A stretch of DNA of 63,491 nt from Pyrinomonadaceae bacterium (GCA_040081025.1 JBEBGW010000001.1:1-63491); one strand, 5' to 3'. Counted from the stretch's first letter, positions 9,801-19,698 are shown. The notes: generated by a model from the sequence alone, not told the origin. Program-made: numbers and translations.

Positions 9801-10299
9801 CGGATTGGCGGATGCGATCGTCGGCGGATGGCAGTTGAACGGTATTGTTACCCTGCTGTCCGGTCGTCCGATCACACCGGTTTTTACGTCGGCTGATACG
9901 GCCAGCGGCCGCCCTGACTTGATCTCCGATCCTATGGAGAACATTCCCGACGGTCTGTACTTCAACCCATACGCCTTCCGCCGTCCTCAGGCCACAGCGG
10001 ACGATGCAACCCTGTTCGGAAACGCGGGACGTAACATTCTGATCGGGCCAGGGTTTCAGAACGTCGACCTATCATTGTTCAAGAACATTCGGCTCGCGGA
10101 AAAGACCAAACTGCAGCTCAGATGGGAAGTGTTCAACGTTCTGAACCGTGCGAATTTCCAGGTTCCGGGCTTTCTACTTCCGACCGACATCGCAACGATC
10201 AGTCTCTCGGATCTGATGCGTACTACCAGCGTAGGACGGTCTTCGTTGACATCGAACGAAGCCCGCGAGATGCAGTTCGCGGTTCGGCTGACGTTCTAG
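6871..10299 (+). CDS. TonB-dependent receptor with CarboxypepD_reg-like N-domain
   Basis: The ORF track starts at 6418 but overlaps the SDR gene. ATG 6871 has a GGAG RBS and gives a signal peptide MKRINQILTTSFIIASFAIIASAQS. This is followed by GRVTDPSGATVAGANVTV, plug-type motifs and a C-terminal ...RLTF barrel signal. Confidence 0.85.
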   Translation: MKRINQILTTSFIIASFAIIASAQSFRATLVGRVTDPSGATVAGANVTVTQNGTNFTRTVTTNGDGEYVVSEIQPGGYTVKIDANGFKGAINQNVILETDQTRRFDVKLDVGSVNETVTVEAEPPTINSETPEKGDVIVQRQVQELPLNVRDFVDLAKLVPGIYQRPSDDDQGQGLASAGTRTDSTNFILDGVGNRDDRNGGVGVNTSVDSIQEFKVSTSTYGAEYGRLAGAQISVVSKSGTNRFSGSLFEFVRNDFFDANNVFTPAGQGKTLRRHQFGGSLGGPLPFFNFGENDKIFDSGKDKMFFFTSFEQLREVRSQAASSLAPTVPWANGDFRDVRGAGTDGILGNADDTNRVMCLRRSSNPLRPTRVECPTPNVIPLAPVAGDPNLLYASPVSLAILGFFPRADDASGFARFANIANTLPRNLFSVKIDRKLSEKNSFYFRYSLDNRKAYQPQAGRINYPGFLRNWDYQQSSYAFGDTHTFTPTLINDFRIGLLDQDRKTLNENNDTDYIGLFGIPGLPTGQEAQWQGFPAIRIDGFPDSGDSANTPFNYVYKGFSVSDTVTWVTGSHSFKFGVDINRPNYIESDIRNVRGDFRFRGRFTNPANAVATGFRSFADFIYGIPDSTQRQIGADAADLQAWQSAFFVQDSWRAASWLTLTMGVRYDYTPYLYEKNDRISNFMPELGLAACSSGEFRTPAGALVCVDRDTLGLPRALVETDKNNLAPRFGFALKPFKNDKTVIRGGAGIFYSTETINPARQMLALNYPYLAREQFSRASTADILQLTWADPFPSNRSALQGVDTPQGIPTDAQTPEVYQFNLTLEHELTKDLGLEIGYVGSQGRHLGMRYNLNYQYPTGAIGSNGLPLTARAFPTYGDITYQSQEVNSNYNALQVAVRRRSRAGLTLLASYTFGKAMDQNSNTNNSTTGSQRSPQDIKDFANEWALADYHRTHQFSGSFNYDLPFGRGKAFFSGARGLADAIVGGWQLNGIVTLLSGRPITPVFTSADTASGRPDLISDPMENIPDGLYFNPYAFRRPQATADDATLFGNAGRNILIGPGFQNVDLSLFKNIRLAEKTKLQLRWEVFNVLNRANFQVPGFLLPTDIATISLSDLMRTTSVGRSSLTSNEAREMQFAVRLTF

Positions 10300-10313
10300 C
10301 TCACAACACGATT

Positions 10314-10336
10314 GGCGGGAGGCGATGTCTCCCGCC
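10314..10336 (+). terminator. Hairpin GGCGGGAG-gcgatgt-CTCCCGCC downstream of the receptor gene
   Basis: Perfect 8-bp GC-rich stem 15 nt after the stop, followed by ATAATTT. The U-tail is weak, so it could be an attenuator or partial terminator. Confidence 0.45.
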
Positions 10337-10348
10337 ATAATTTCGAAC

Positions 10349-11662
10349 ATGAGAAACAAACTTTCCGCATCGTTACTTTTCGTTCTCTCGGTATGCCTGG
10401 CTGTCTCCGCGCAGGACTCGATCGGCACGTATCAGGTTCGCGTGTCGCTTGACCGGGCTGACTGGACTTACGAGCTCAATCGTCCCGCGAAGTTTTCGAT
10501 TACGACGACGCTCAACAACTCACAGACTTCCGGCCTTCCGGTGAAGTATTCATGCGGGCCCGAGATGATGCCGCCGGTCGTCGAGAAAACGGTAACCTCA
10601 ACCGATCAGCCGATCGTCATCGACGCTCCGGGGATGAAGGCGCCTGGATTCTATCGATGCATCGCGACAGTCGAGAAGGATGGGAGGACATATCGCGGGC
10701 TCGCTACCGCGGGATATCGGCCCGACCAGATCAAACCGGTCGTGACCGAGCCTGCTGACTTCGACAAGTTCTGGAACGACGGCAAAGCGGCGCTCGCGCG
10801 CGTTCCGATGGACGCGAAGATGGAGTTGCTTCCGTCGCTCAGCACTTCGAAAGCCGATGTCTATCACGTAAGTTTTCAGAACGTCGGTATGGGTATCAGC
10901 CGAGTCAGCCGGATCTACGGGATCTTGTGTGTTCCAAAAGACGCCACCAAAAAGTATCCCGCCGTGCTTCGTGTTCCCGGTGCCGGCGTTAGACCGTACA
11001 CCGGGCAAATTGCTCTGGCTGAAACCGGATTGATCACACTCGAGATTGGCATCCACGGGTTTCCTGTGAACCTTCCGCTTGAGGTTTACGATCAGCTTCG
11101 GGCCGGAGCGCTCAACCGGTACATGCTTTACAATCTCGACGATCGAGACGAGTACTACTATCGCCGGGTATTTCTGGGCGTCGTTCGCTCGAATGATTTT
11201 CTCACTAGCCTTCCTCAGTATGATGGCAAGAACCTTGGCGTGATCGGCGGAAGTCAGGGCGGCGTGCTATCGATCGTCACTGCTGCACTTGACCCTCGCG
11301 TGAAGGGGCTCGTCGCTTCGTACCCGGCAATGTCGGACATGGCTGGCTACACGGTGAATCGCGCCGGTGGCTGGCCGCACATGTTCCGCGACGCGAAGAA
11401 CCGCTCGAAAGAAAATCTAGAAACGGCCGCCTACTACGACGCTGTAAATTTCGCTCGCCGATTGAAAATTCCGGGCATCTATTCCTGGGGCTTTAACGAC
11501 GAAACGTGTCCGCCGACCTCGACCTATGCGGCTTACAATTCGATCACGGCGCCTAAGACACTGCTGCTCGGCCTCGAGATGGGCCACGCGAATTCGGCCG
11601 AACAGAACGACCGGCTCAACACATGGATAGAGAAGTTTCTCAAGGAGGGGAAAGCACAGTAG
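10349..11662 (+). CDS. Acetyl esterase, CE7-like (acetylxylan esterase/cephalosporin-C deacetylase family)
   Basis: The start was moved to MRNKLSASLLFVLSVCLAVSAQ (signal peptide), because the 10325 ATG lies in the hairpin loop. It has the GGSQGG nucleophile elbow in an alpha/beta-hydrolase C-domain after an N-terminal beta-rich domain. Confidence 0.7.
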   Translation: MRNKLSASLLFVLSVCLAVSAQDSIGTYQVRVSLDRADWTYELNRPAKFSITTTLNNSQTSGLPVKYSCGPEMMPPVVEKTVTSTDQPIVIDAPGMKAPGFYRCIATVEKDGRTYRGLATAGYRPDQIKPVVTEPADFDKFWNDGKAALARVPMDAKMELLPSLSTSKADVYHVSFQNVGMGISRVSRIYGILCVPKDATKKYPAVLRVPGAGVRPYTGQIALAETGLITLEIGIHGFPVNLPLEVYDQLRAGALNRYMLYNLDDRDEYYYRRVFLGVVRSNDFLTSLPQYDGKNLGVIGGSQGGVLSIVTAALDPRVKGLVASYPAMSDMAGYTVNRAGGWPHMFRDAKNRSKENLETAAYYDAVNFARRLKIPGIYSWGFNDETCPPTSTYAAYNSITAPKTLLLGLEMGHANSAEQNDRLNTWIEKFLKEGKAQ

Positions 11663-12589
11663 ATGAGATCTTTGTTGTCATCGGTATTGATCACCATTGT
11701 TCTTTCGTTCGCGGTTTTAGCACAGGAAGACGAAGCTCCGAAGGCGGCTCCACAAAAGCCGACGCCAAACTTAGCTAACGGTAAGTACGGCTCGCTCGAA
11801 CGGAACGTTTTCGACCTTTGGACGCCCAAGACGAAGAAGGCATCGCCGCTCGTCGTATACATCCACGGCGGTGGTTTTGTGAACGGCGACAAGGACAAAC
11901 TCTCGGCAAATCTTCTAAAGCGTCTTCTCGAGAACGGCATTGCTGTGATGGCGATCAACTACAGCCTGATGCCGCAGCACCTATATCCACAGGCCTACAA
12001 AGATGCTGCCCGCGCCATACAGTTCGCACGCTCCAACGCGAAAGCATGGAATCTCGACAAGACGAAAGTCTCAACAATGGGAAGCTCCGCTGGGGGACTT
12101 ACTTCTCTCTGGATCGGGTTTCACGACGACCTTGCGGATCCAAAGTCGCAAGACCCCGTGCTTCGCGAATCGACCCGATTGAGTTCGATGGCGGTTTGGT
12201 CGGCGCAGACGACGCTCGTTGCGGACATTGTGGGTCCGCGAGTCGGGACGACGACGTTAAAGCACAGTTTCTACACCGGACGGTTCTTCGGATTGAAGCA
12301 GGCAGATATGGAGACCGGGAAGGGTAAGCAGCTTACGCGAGACGCGTCGCCGCTTTCGAATCTAACGAAAGATGATCCGCCGGTCTGGGCCTATTACAGC
12401 ATTGCCGATAAGCCCCAGACCGACGCGACGACCGTCAGCGAAGCGATCCATCATCCGTACTTCGGCAAGGTAATGAAGGAAGAGATGGACAAGCTAAAGA
12501 TCGAATGCAAGATCCGGCATAAGGATGACGGAAAAACCGTCAATGACGATGTCGTCAATTTCATCATCAAACATTTCAACGGTAAGTAA
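11663..12589 (+). CDS. Secreted alpha/beta-hydrolase esterase
   Basis: Signal-like N-terminus, an HGGGF oxyanion motif and a GSSAGG nucleophile elbow. Confidence 0.7.
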   Translation: MRSLLSSVLITIVLSFAVLAQEDEAPKAAPQKPTPNLANGKYGSLERNVFDLWTPKTKKASPLVVYIHGGGFVNGDKDKLSANLLKRLLENGIAVMAINYSLMPQHLYPQAYKDAARAIQFARSNAKAWNLDKTKVSTMGSSAGGLTSLWIGFHDDLADPKSQDPVLRESTRLSSMAVWSAQTTLVADIVGPRVGTTTLKHSFYTGRFFGLKQADMETGKGKQLTRDASPLSNLTKDDPPVWAYYSIADKPQTDATTVSEAIHHPYFGKVMKEEMDKLKIECKIRHKDDGKTVNDDVVNFIIKHFNGK

Positions 12590-12599
12590 CGCTCACAAG

Positions 12600-14585
12600 A
12601 TGTACAAAAAGGTCGCTCAAATCGTAACGCTAGTCTTCGCACTGTCGATGTTGGGAGTTGCACAGGACGCACAAGAGCTGAAGGCAGAGAAGGAAGCCGA
12701 CGCCCGGCTGAAGGGCGAGCATCCGCTTGTGCAGATCGCCAAGTCAAAGCCGTCGTCGCTTCGCAAGGAACTCGTCGGCGTTCACCCGCGCGTTTTCATG
12801 ACACAAGGCGATATCGATCAACTGAAAGAAAAAGCGAAGTCTAAGAAAGAGCTTTGGGCAACCGCACTTTCACGCGTTCGAGCGATGACGGACGAACCCG
12901 CACCCGCACCCGCACAGGAGCGTCGAGTGCAGAACGAAGTCGGGCTTGGGATCGCCGAAGCCGCGTTCGTCTACAAGATGACGGGCGATAGGAAGTATTT
13001 TGACGCCGCGATGAAATATATCGACGCGGGGATTAGCTACGACGTTTGGGGATACACCTACAACAAACCCAACGTCGATCTCGCCGCCGGACACCTCCTC
13101 TACGGGATGGGCTGGGGATACGATCTGCTCTACAACGACCTAACTCCCGCACAACGAACCCGGATCAAAGAAAAGTTAGTGAAGCATGCTCGTCTTCTTC
13201 ATGAGTTCTTCAAGCCGAAGTCGGGCAAATCATACGCCTATAGCCAGAACCACACGTTCATTCCGATCTCGGGACTCGCGGTTGCGGCGTATGCGTTGAT
13301 GGACGAGGTTCCTGAGGCGAAAGAGTGGGCGGCGACATCGCGTGCGATCTTCGACCGAGTGCTTGCGACCTACAGCGAGGACGGATATTTCTACGAGAGC
13401 ATGGAGTACTGGATCTTCTCGATGCCGTGGATCGTCCACTATATGGATGCACACGCCAAATCGACCGGCGAGGATCTGTACAAGGGAATGACCGGCCTCG
13501 AGAACGCACACAAGTATGTCGCCCACATCACGCTTCCGGGCGGCGAGTTCAATTTCGATTACGGCGATATATACGCCGGTCCGGTGACCCGTGCCCGGAA
13601 AGGAAACGACTACGAACGTGAGCGGATCAACGGAAAGTTCCGGACTAACTACAACATCCTCTATAATCTCGCGACGCGATACGGCAACGGCGAGGCTCAG
13701 GGCGTTGCGGACTGGGTGAGATCGAAAGGGCAAGTGAACGCTGAAGAATACTGGTCGTTCATCTGGTACAACCCGAAGATCAAGGCCGTGTCGATCAACG
13801 ATCAGCCGAAGCATCATTACTTCAAAGATCACGGCGTCGTTTTCTGGCGATCGTCGTGGGATGACAACGCGACCGCGTGGTCGTTCAAAGCCGGACCACC
13901 AGAAGGACATTCGACTACAGCGAAGGTTAAGGCGTTTCCCGATTGGCGGCTGTCGAGCGGACACGCTCATCCTGACGCTGGCGGGTTCATCATTTGGTCG
14001 AAGGGACGATATCTGACCGGCGACTCGGGCTATGCAGGCGTGCCGATGACGGAGCATCACAACACGATCACGTTCGACGGCATTGGCCAGGGTAAGGAAG
14101 GCAAGGGACACGACGCGTTTGCCGAAGTTTCGTACGATCTGATGAACCAGATCCGACTGACCGAGGTGAAGTTTCAAGGATCGACGGCAGTCATTACGGC
14201 AGACCTCCGACCGGCGTATGAACCTGAGGTTGGTGTCGAGAAGTTCATTCGTCGGTTCACGTTTACGGATCCCGGCGTCTTCCTAGTTGAGGACGAGATC
14301 AAAACATCTAAGCCGCGGAAGATCATTTCGTACTTGCATAGCGATAACGAGATTGCGAAGAGCGGAGCCGGGTTCGAATTCGAGCCGGGTAAGCCGAGCC
14401 TGCTGGTCGAGCTGATCGAGCCTTCGGGTCTCGACGCGATCATCGAGAAGAACATTCTCACGGCACCGGGGCGGCCCGGAAGCGTTGATAAAGGCGAGCG
14501 GGAAGAGCGCGGAGTCAGGCTGGCGATCTCGCCGAAGAAGGCAACAGCAGAAATCGCATTGAAGACGCGTTTGACGATCCGCTAG
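12600..14585 (+). CDS. Heparinase II/III-like polysaccharide lyase (paralogue 2)
   Basis: The start was moved to MYKKVAQIVTLVFALSMLGVAQ. Shared blocks with 2424-4655 are WGYTYNKPNVDL, QNHTFIP, GHAHPDAGGFIIW and EHHNTI. Confidence 0.75.
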   Translation: MYKKVAQIVTLVFALSMLGVAQDAQELKAEKEADARLKGEHPLVQIAKSKPSSLRKELVGVHPRVFMTQGDIDQLKEKAKSKKELWATALSRVRAMTDEPAPAPAQERRVQNEVGLGIAEAAFVYKMTGDRKYFDAAMKYIDAGISYDVWGYTYNKPNVDLAAGHLLYGMGWGYDLLYNDLTPAQRTRIKEKLVKHARLLHEFFKPKSGKSYAYSQNHTFIPISGLAVAAYALMDEVPEAKEWAATSRAIFDRVLATYSEDGYFYESMEYWIFSMPWIVHYMDAHAKSTGEDLYKGMTGLENAHKYVAHITLPGGEFNFDYGDIYAGPVTRARKGNDYERERINGKFRTNYNILYNLATRYGNGEAQGVADWVRSKGQVNAEEYWSFIWYNPKIKAVSINDQPKHHYFKDHGVVFWRSSWDDNATAWSFKAGPPEGHSTTAKVKAFPDWRLSSGHAHPDAGGFIIWSKGRYLTGDSGYAGVPMTEHHNTITFDGIGQGKEGKGHDAFAEVSYDLMNQIRLTEVKFQGSTAVITADLRPAYEPEVGVEKFIRRFTFTDPGVFLVEDEIKTSKPRKIISYLHSDNEIAKSGAGFEFEPGKPSLLVELIEPSGLDAIIEKNILTAPGRPGSVDKGEREERGVRLAISPKKATAEIALKTRLTIR

Positions 14586-14764
14586 CGGGACGGCCCGTAA
14601 GGCATTTTCGCAGGATCTATCGCGGGTATATGAGCGTGACGATTGTAGTACGCGAAAACGCGTCATCGCAGGTCGACGCGGGTGCCGGTAATATTCCGCG
14701 GAAAAAACGCGTTGCGGGGTGCGCATTTCCGCCAGCAACGGAAAACCACCTCCTAACCAATGTT

Positions 14765-14781
14765 AATTGGTCGTACCAATT
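14765..14781. promoter_or_regulatory. Inverted repeat AATTGGT-CGT-ACCAATT (operator motif A, site 2)
   Basis: 7-bp perfect arms, with an extra ACCAAT half-site at 14756-14761. It lies in the 400-bp intergenic region upstream of the ROK regulator gene. Confidence 0.45.
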
Positions 14782-14808
14782 ATTTTGCGACGAATTCCCA
14801 CTTTTCAG

Positions 14809-14836
14809 TTGACAGCGAAATAAATCACTGTATTAT
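14809..14836 (+). promoter_or_regulatory. Sigma-70-like promoter TTGACA-N16-TATTAT
   Basis: A consensus -35 and a near-consensus -10, read directly from the sequence. It would give a ~140-nt leader before the ROK gene. Confidence 0.4.
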
Positions 14837-14984
14837 GTCAAAGGCTTTTACAAATTAACTAAACCCTAATCCGGATCATCGTTGAAATGCCTGTAAAGTA
14901 GCTAATTCGACCGAACTACTGTCCTGCAGGGAAAGGATCGAGCCGGAAGGTCAGCTTAATTTGTCAAAGGACTAAACAAAAGAC

Positions 14985-16211
14985 TTGCGGAAGATAAACC
15001 CAAACAACTTCAAACTTGCGACGCGTGGAACGTCCAGAGAGATCAATCGTCAGATAGCGCTGACGCTTATCCGTACGCATCAGCCGGTGTCGAGGGCAGA
15101 CCTTTCGCGGCTAATGGAAACGAACCGGGCTAGCATCACGCTGCTTGTCAATGAGTTTCTCGAGGAGGGCTTGGTTCGCGAAGAGGCGCAGAGCGAGCCT
15201 AACAAGCGCGGCCGCAAGCCGACCTCGCTTTTTCTCAACTCCCTTAACAGCCTCGCGGTCGCCATCGACGTGCGTGCCACGCGGACGTTCCTTATGCTGA
15301 CCGATTCAACCGGTAAGCAGATGGGCGAAGTGATCAGTTTTCCGACCAAGCTCGATCCAAATGATTTTGTACAGTCGCTTGCGTGGCAGGTTCGAAAAGC
15401 TCTCGGCGGAAAGCTGGATGCTGCGACGTGTGGCGGCATCGGCGTCGTCGTGCCCGGCATGCTCGACCTTAAGAACGGAACGGTGGTCCACTCGCCGACT
15501 CTTCGCTGGCGCAATGTGGAGCTTCTGGACCTGATGGAAACGGAATTCGGCGACATCGAGATCCACCTGGAGAACTCCGGTAAGGCCTGCGCACTATCAC
15601 AGATCTGGTCGGTTCGCGGTGACGGCAGCGGACACAACGACATCGTTTTCGTCAGCGTCTCGGACGGCGTCGGGGTTGGGATCGTGGTCAACGGCGAGCT
15701 CGTCCGCGGGCGACATAATACCGCGGGCGAGTTTGGCCACGTACCGCTCAGCATCGACGGTCCGCCGTGTGCTTGCGGAGCGAACGGATGTTGGGAAGCG
15801 TATATATCCAACATCGCGACGCTCTCGCGGTACTTCGGGACGAGCGCCGGGAATCGGAAGCCGCAACCGCTAGAGCACGCGGAGTTCACGATCGAAGAGC
15901 TGATCGCAAAGGCTCGAGCAAATGACGGGAAGGCGTTGACCGCACTTCAGTCAACGGCCCGATACCTCGGCCTCGGACTCGCATCGATCATTAACGTGAT
16001 CGATCCGTCACGGATCTATATCGGTGGGGAAATAACGGAAGCCTGGGACCTGCTGGAGCCAACCGTACGGGACGCGATCAAAGAACGCGTCCTCAGCTCG
16101 GAACTCGGCGAAGCGTCGATCCGCATCGTCCCGGCAATTGAATATCCGCGCCTTAGGGGCGCAGCGGCGCTCATCACGGCGCCTGCATTCGCGGCCCCGA
16201 AGGTCGCTTAG
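14985..16211 (+). CDS. ROK-family transcriptional regulator
   Basis: TTG start. N-terminal winged-helix segment (INRQIALTLIRTHQPVSRADLSRLMETNRASITLLVNEFLEEGLV) plus a ROK sugar-kinase fold with the zinc motif GHV...C.CG..GCWE. Confidence 0.85.
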   Translation: MRKINPNNFKLATRGTSREINRQIALTLIRTHQPVSRADLSRLMETNRASITLLVNEFLEEGLVREEAQSEPNKRGRKPTSLFLNSLNSLAVAIDVRATRTFLMLTDSTGKQMGEVISFPTKLDPNDFVQSLAWQVRKALGGKLDAATCGGIGVVVPGMLDLKNGTVVHSPTLRWRNVELLDLMETEFGDIEIHLENSGKACALSQIWSVRGDGSGHNDIVFVSVSDGVGVGIVVNGELVRGRHNTAGEFGHVPLSIDGPPCACGANGCWEAYISNIATLSRYFGTSAGNRKPQPLEHAEFTIEELIAKARANDGKALTALQSTARYLGLGLASIINVIDPSRIYIGGEITEAWDLLEPTVRDAIKERVLSSELGEASIRIVPAIEYPRLRGAAALITAPAFAAPKVA

Positions 16212-16289
16212 ACATCTCCGGACGCTTTTTGAAAGCCGACCGGCCACCTACCAAGCGGGTAAGTTTCGATAACGAAGGAGAGGATTAAA

Positions 16290-19200
16290 ATGAAACTCAT
16301 ACAGTCAGCCATAGCTCTAATTAAGCCAATTAGACGTGCCCAAAATTTAGGATTACTTGCCGTCTTAGCGGCTGTACTCATCCTTCCGGTCGCAGGAATT
16401 GCTCAGATCACGACCGCAACGTTCGTCGGAACGATCTCCGATCCCAGTGGTTCAGCTGTTCCGAATGCTAGTGTGACAGCCAAGAACATTGACACGGGGC
16501 TTACTCGAACCGTTACGACCGGAGACGATGGAAGTTTTCGAATTGAATTCTTGCCCGTCGGCAATTACACGATCGAGATTGCAGCGGCCTCCGGATTCAA
16601 AAAGGCTTTTCGTGAGGGGATAGTTTTGCGGGTCAATGACACGGCACGCATGGATTTCGCTCTTGAGGTTGGAAGCGTTGACGAGCAGGTAACCGTCACC
16701 AGCGCGCCACCCGAGATCAACACAAGCTCAGCCGAACTCGGCCGCACGGTTCAAACGCAGGAGATCGAAAATCTTCCGCTTGTTGAACGAAATGTCTATT
16801 CTCTTTTGGACCTAACTCCGGGCGTTCAGTCGAACAACGGCGGTGTCGGTAGTATCGCGACTGCCTCGGCCGCGACGAGCAATCTAAGCCTTGGCTTTCC
16901 CGAACAACGAACACTTATTAATGGCGGCACCGACGGCGGGACGGGCTCGGTGAACTATTTCCTCGACGGAGGTACGAATATGACGAACCTCCGCAACACC
17001 GGCAACATTCTTCCGAGTCCGGATGCGATCCAGGAGTTTCGTGTGCAGACAAACGCATACAACGCCGAATACGGCCGATTTGCAAACGGCATCGTTAACG
17101 TTCTTACCAAATCGGGCACGAACAGTTTCCGCGGTTCACTATACGAGTTCGTTCGAAACGATGCCTTCAACGCCAACGAATGGGGTGCGGTCGTAGATAA
17201 GGCTCCATATCGTCGAAATCAGTTTGGCGGCACCCTCGGCGGTCCGATCATTAAAGATAAGACGTTCTTTTTCTTTTCTTACGCAGGCCTGCGGCAGACG
17301 ACAAGTACGTTCCTGAACGGCGCGATCGTACCCACGGCATTGGAGCGTTCGGGCGATTTCAGATCGTCCGGACTTACCACACTTCCTAGAGATCCGGCGA
17401 CTGGGACGACCCTCGCAAATGCCTCGACCTTCACCTGTGCTGGCAATGCCGGAGTCATCTGTCCGAATCGGATCGATCCCGTGGCAGCGAAAATCCTCGC
17501 CGACTACATTCCAGTGGCGAATCTACCGGGCAACCGATGGCAGGGGAACGTTCCGAATCCTTATAACACCGACGAGTTCCTTGGCAAGGTGGACCATCAG
17601 CTTACCGATGACCATCGGCTGACATTTTCTTATTTCAATACGGCGGGAACCACGACCGTTTTTCCCGGCAGCGGGAATCTTCCCTGGGCCACTCAGGATT
17701 TCACCTGGCGGCAGCACAACCTGAACATTAGCGATGTGTGGGTTATCAGTCCTGATAAGGTCAATCAAGTTTGGCTAACGTACACGCGAAACTTCGGTGG
17801 ACGCGTGAACGTGCCTGACACCTCGCTCAGAGATCTCGGATCTTCGTTCTATCCGCAAGGTACTCCCTCGCTACCGCAAATAACGGTCACCGGATATTTC
17901 ACCCTGACGAATGCGATCGGCGGACCGCGCGCCGGTACGAATCTGTACTCGATCAGGGACGTTTTCAGTTGGAACAAGGGTCGTCACGCGATCAAGATCG
18001 GGGGTGAGTTGACGTTGAACAAGGATGTCCAGGAAACTCTTCTCAATAATTACGGTGTGTTCACATTCAATAACACTTCGACAGGAAATGCCTTTGCCGA
18101 CTTTCTCGTCGGTATTCCGAGTGCGATCACGCAGGATGCACCGGTGACGGCGTACACCGACAGTTGGTATTCAGCTCTTTTTGTTCAGGACGATTTTCGT
18201 GTACATCCGCGGGTGACCCTAAATCTCGGCCTCCGATGGGATGTCCAGACTCCGCCGACCGATCCGGAAAACCGTGTGGCAAACTACATCCCCGGACAGA
18301 AATCGGGGGTCAACCTGGCCGCTCCTGTCGGATTGTTGTTTTACGGTGACCCGGGTGTTGAGCGTGGTGGAATTCCAGTGGACTACAGCCACTTTTCACC
18401 GCGGTTTGGCATTGCGTGGGATCCGTTCGGAGATGGTAAGACCTCTCTCCGCGGAGCCGCGGGCATATTCTACGGAAGTATCTCCGGGAACGAATGGAAC
18501 ACGCAAACTAATACCCAGCCGTTCTCAACCCGATTGGCGTTCACTAATACAAACCGGCGGGCGAGTTCGACTACATTGTTGCCACTAGGTGCATCGCTCA
18601 GTAATCCGTATAACGCATTTGTTGGCGGGGCACCATTCCCGTACACGGGAGCGTTCGTAAACGGCGGCGGCGTCTTCGCGGTGGCGACCGACTTCAGCTG
18701 GCCGCGAACTTTTCAGACTAACGTCTCGATACAGAGACAGATTACAAAGGACTTTATGGTCGGTGCCGCATACGTTGGTACCCGCAGCAGCAATCTGCCG
18801 TTCGGACGAGATATCAATTACCCCGTGCTTACGCCTACGGCAACATCGGCCGCGGCGAACGTTCTATCACGACGACCGAATCCGTTATTTGGTGCTGTTA
18901 CGCTTCTGGATTCGGACCAAAAGGCATCGTACGACGGAATGCAGCTCACGACCGCAGGTCGGTTCAGCAAGATCCTCACGTTCAATGCATTCTATGTATT
19001 TAGCAAGACCCTGAGCAGTGTTCAGCTTCACAACAATACGACGCAGGGCCTGTCGCAGAACGCCAGCATGCTTGAATTAGACAAAGGGCGTGCGGATACA
19101 GACCAGCGACACGTGTTCAGTCTGAGCATGAACTTCCAACCGAATTTTTACGGCGGAGACAATCGTTTTGCTAAAGCTATTCTCAACGGATGGAGCATCT

Positions 19201-19652
19201 CTCCGATCGTAAAATTGCGAAGCGGCCGACCGTTTACGGTTGTGAATGGAAACGTCGACGCCAATCTCGATGGTGTCGCAAACACTGACCGTGCTGAGTT
19301 GATCGGCGATCCGTTTTTGGAAAACCCGACCGCAGATAGGTGGTTCAATATTGCCGCTTTTTCCCGGAATCTTGCCGTCACTGGCGTTGCAAAGAATGGA
19401 TCCTCGCCTCGCAACTTACTTGACGGACCCGGCTTCAAAGTCGTTGATCTGGCCCTATCTCGAGACTTCCGGTTTGGCGAACGGTACAAGCTCCGTTTGC
19501 GTGCCGAAGGAACAAATGTCTTCAATATGGTGAACTATGACCAGCCGAATGGTTCCGTTCCGGCAAACATTGCGAACCCTGGCAACTTCGGTAGGATCAC
19601 AGGCGCGGGAGCAATGCGGAAGCTGCAGTTCGGAGCTCGGTTTACGTTCTAG
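16290..19652 (+). CDS. TonB-dependent receptor with CarboxypepD_reg-like N-domain
   Basis: GGAGAGG RBS, signal peptide, GTISDPSGSAVPNASVTA, a plug region and a C-terminal ...ARFTF. Confidence 0.85.
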   Translation: MKLIQSAIALIKPIRRAQNLGLLAVLAAVLILPVAGIAQITTATFVGTISDPSGSAVPNASVTAKNIDTGLTRTVTTGDDGSFRIEFLPVGNYTIEIAAASGFKKAFREGIVLRVNDTARMDFALEVGSVDEQVTVTSAPPEINTSSAELGRTVQTQEIENLPLVERNVYSLLDLTPGVQSNNGGVGSIATASAATSNLSLGFPEQRTLINGGTDGGTGSVNYFLDGGTNMTNLRNTGNILPSPDAIQEFRVQTNAYNAEYGRFANGIVNVLTKSGTNSFRGSLYEFVRNDAFNANEWGAVVDKAPYRRNQFGGTLGGPIIKDKTFFFFSYAGLRQTTSTFLNGAIVPTALERSGDFRSSGLTTLPRDPATGTTLANASTFTCAGNAGVICPNRIDPVAAKILADYIPVANLPGNRWQGNVPNPYNTDEFLGKVDHQLTDDHRLTFSYFNTAGTTTVFPGSGNLPWATQDFTWRQHNLNISDVWVISPDKVNQVWLTYTRNFGGRVNVPDTSLRDLGSSFYPQGTPSLPQITVTGYFTLTNAIGGPRAGTNLYSIRDVFSWNKGRHAIKIGGELTLNKDVQETLLNNYGVFTFNNTSTGNAFADFLVGIPSAITQDAPVTAYTDSWYSALFVQDDFRVHPRVTLNLGLRWDVQTPPTDPENRVANYIPGQKSGVNLAAPVGLLFYGDPGVERGGIPVDYSHFSPRFGIAWDPFGDGKTSLRGAAGIFYGSISGNEWNTQTNTQPFSTRLAFTNTNRRASSTTLLPLGASLSNPYNAFVGGAPFPYTGAFVNGGGVFAVATDFSWPRTFQTNVSIQRQITKDFMVGAAYVGTRSSNLPFGRDINYPVLTPTATSAAANVLSRRPNPLFGAVTLLDSDQKASYDGMQLTTAGRFSKILTFNAFYVFSKTLSSVQLHNNTTQGLSQNASMLELDKGRADTDQRHVFSLSMNFQPNFYGGDNRFAKAILNGWSISPIVKLRSGRPFTVVNGNVDANLDGVANTDRAELIGDPFLENPTADRWFNIAAFSRNLAVTGVAKNGSSPRNLLDGPGFKVVDLALSRDFRFGERYKLRLRAEGTNVFNMVNYDQPNGSVPANIANPGNFGRITGAGAMRKLQFGARFTF

Positions 19653-19667
19653 GTTGATTCAATAATG

Positions 19668-19698
19668 GAGTTCGATCGGACCTTTTCTGGTCGAACTC
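19668..19698 (+). terminator. Rho-independent-like hairpin GAGTTCGA...TCGAACTC followed by TATTTTCATTT
   Basis: 8-bp outer stem plus an inner CC/GG pair, with a T-rich tail, 16 nt after the receptor stop codon. Confidence 0.45.

Noticed and set aside
12525-12599. 25-codon 5' extension of the second heparinase-like ORF
   Set aside because: It overlaps the end of the esterase gene. The internal MYKKVAQIV... start gives a canonical signal peptide.
13230-14177. 315-aa minus-strand ORF
   Set aside because: It is antisense to the second heparinase-like gene and has no motifs. It is a shadow ORF.
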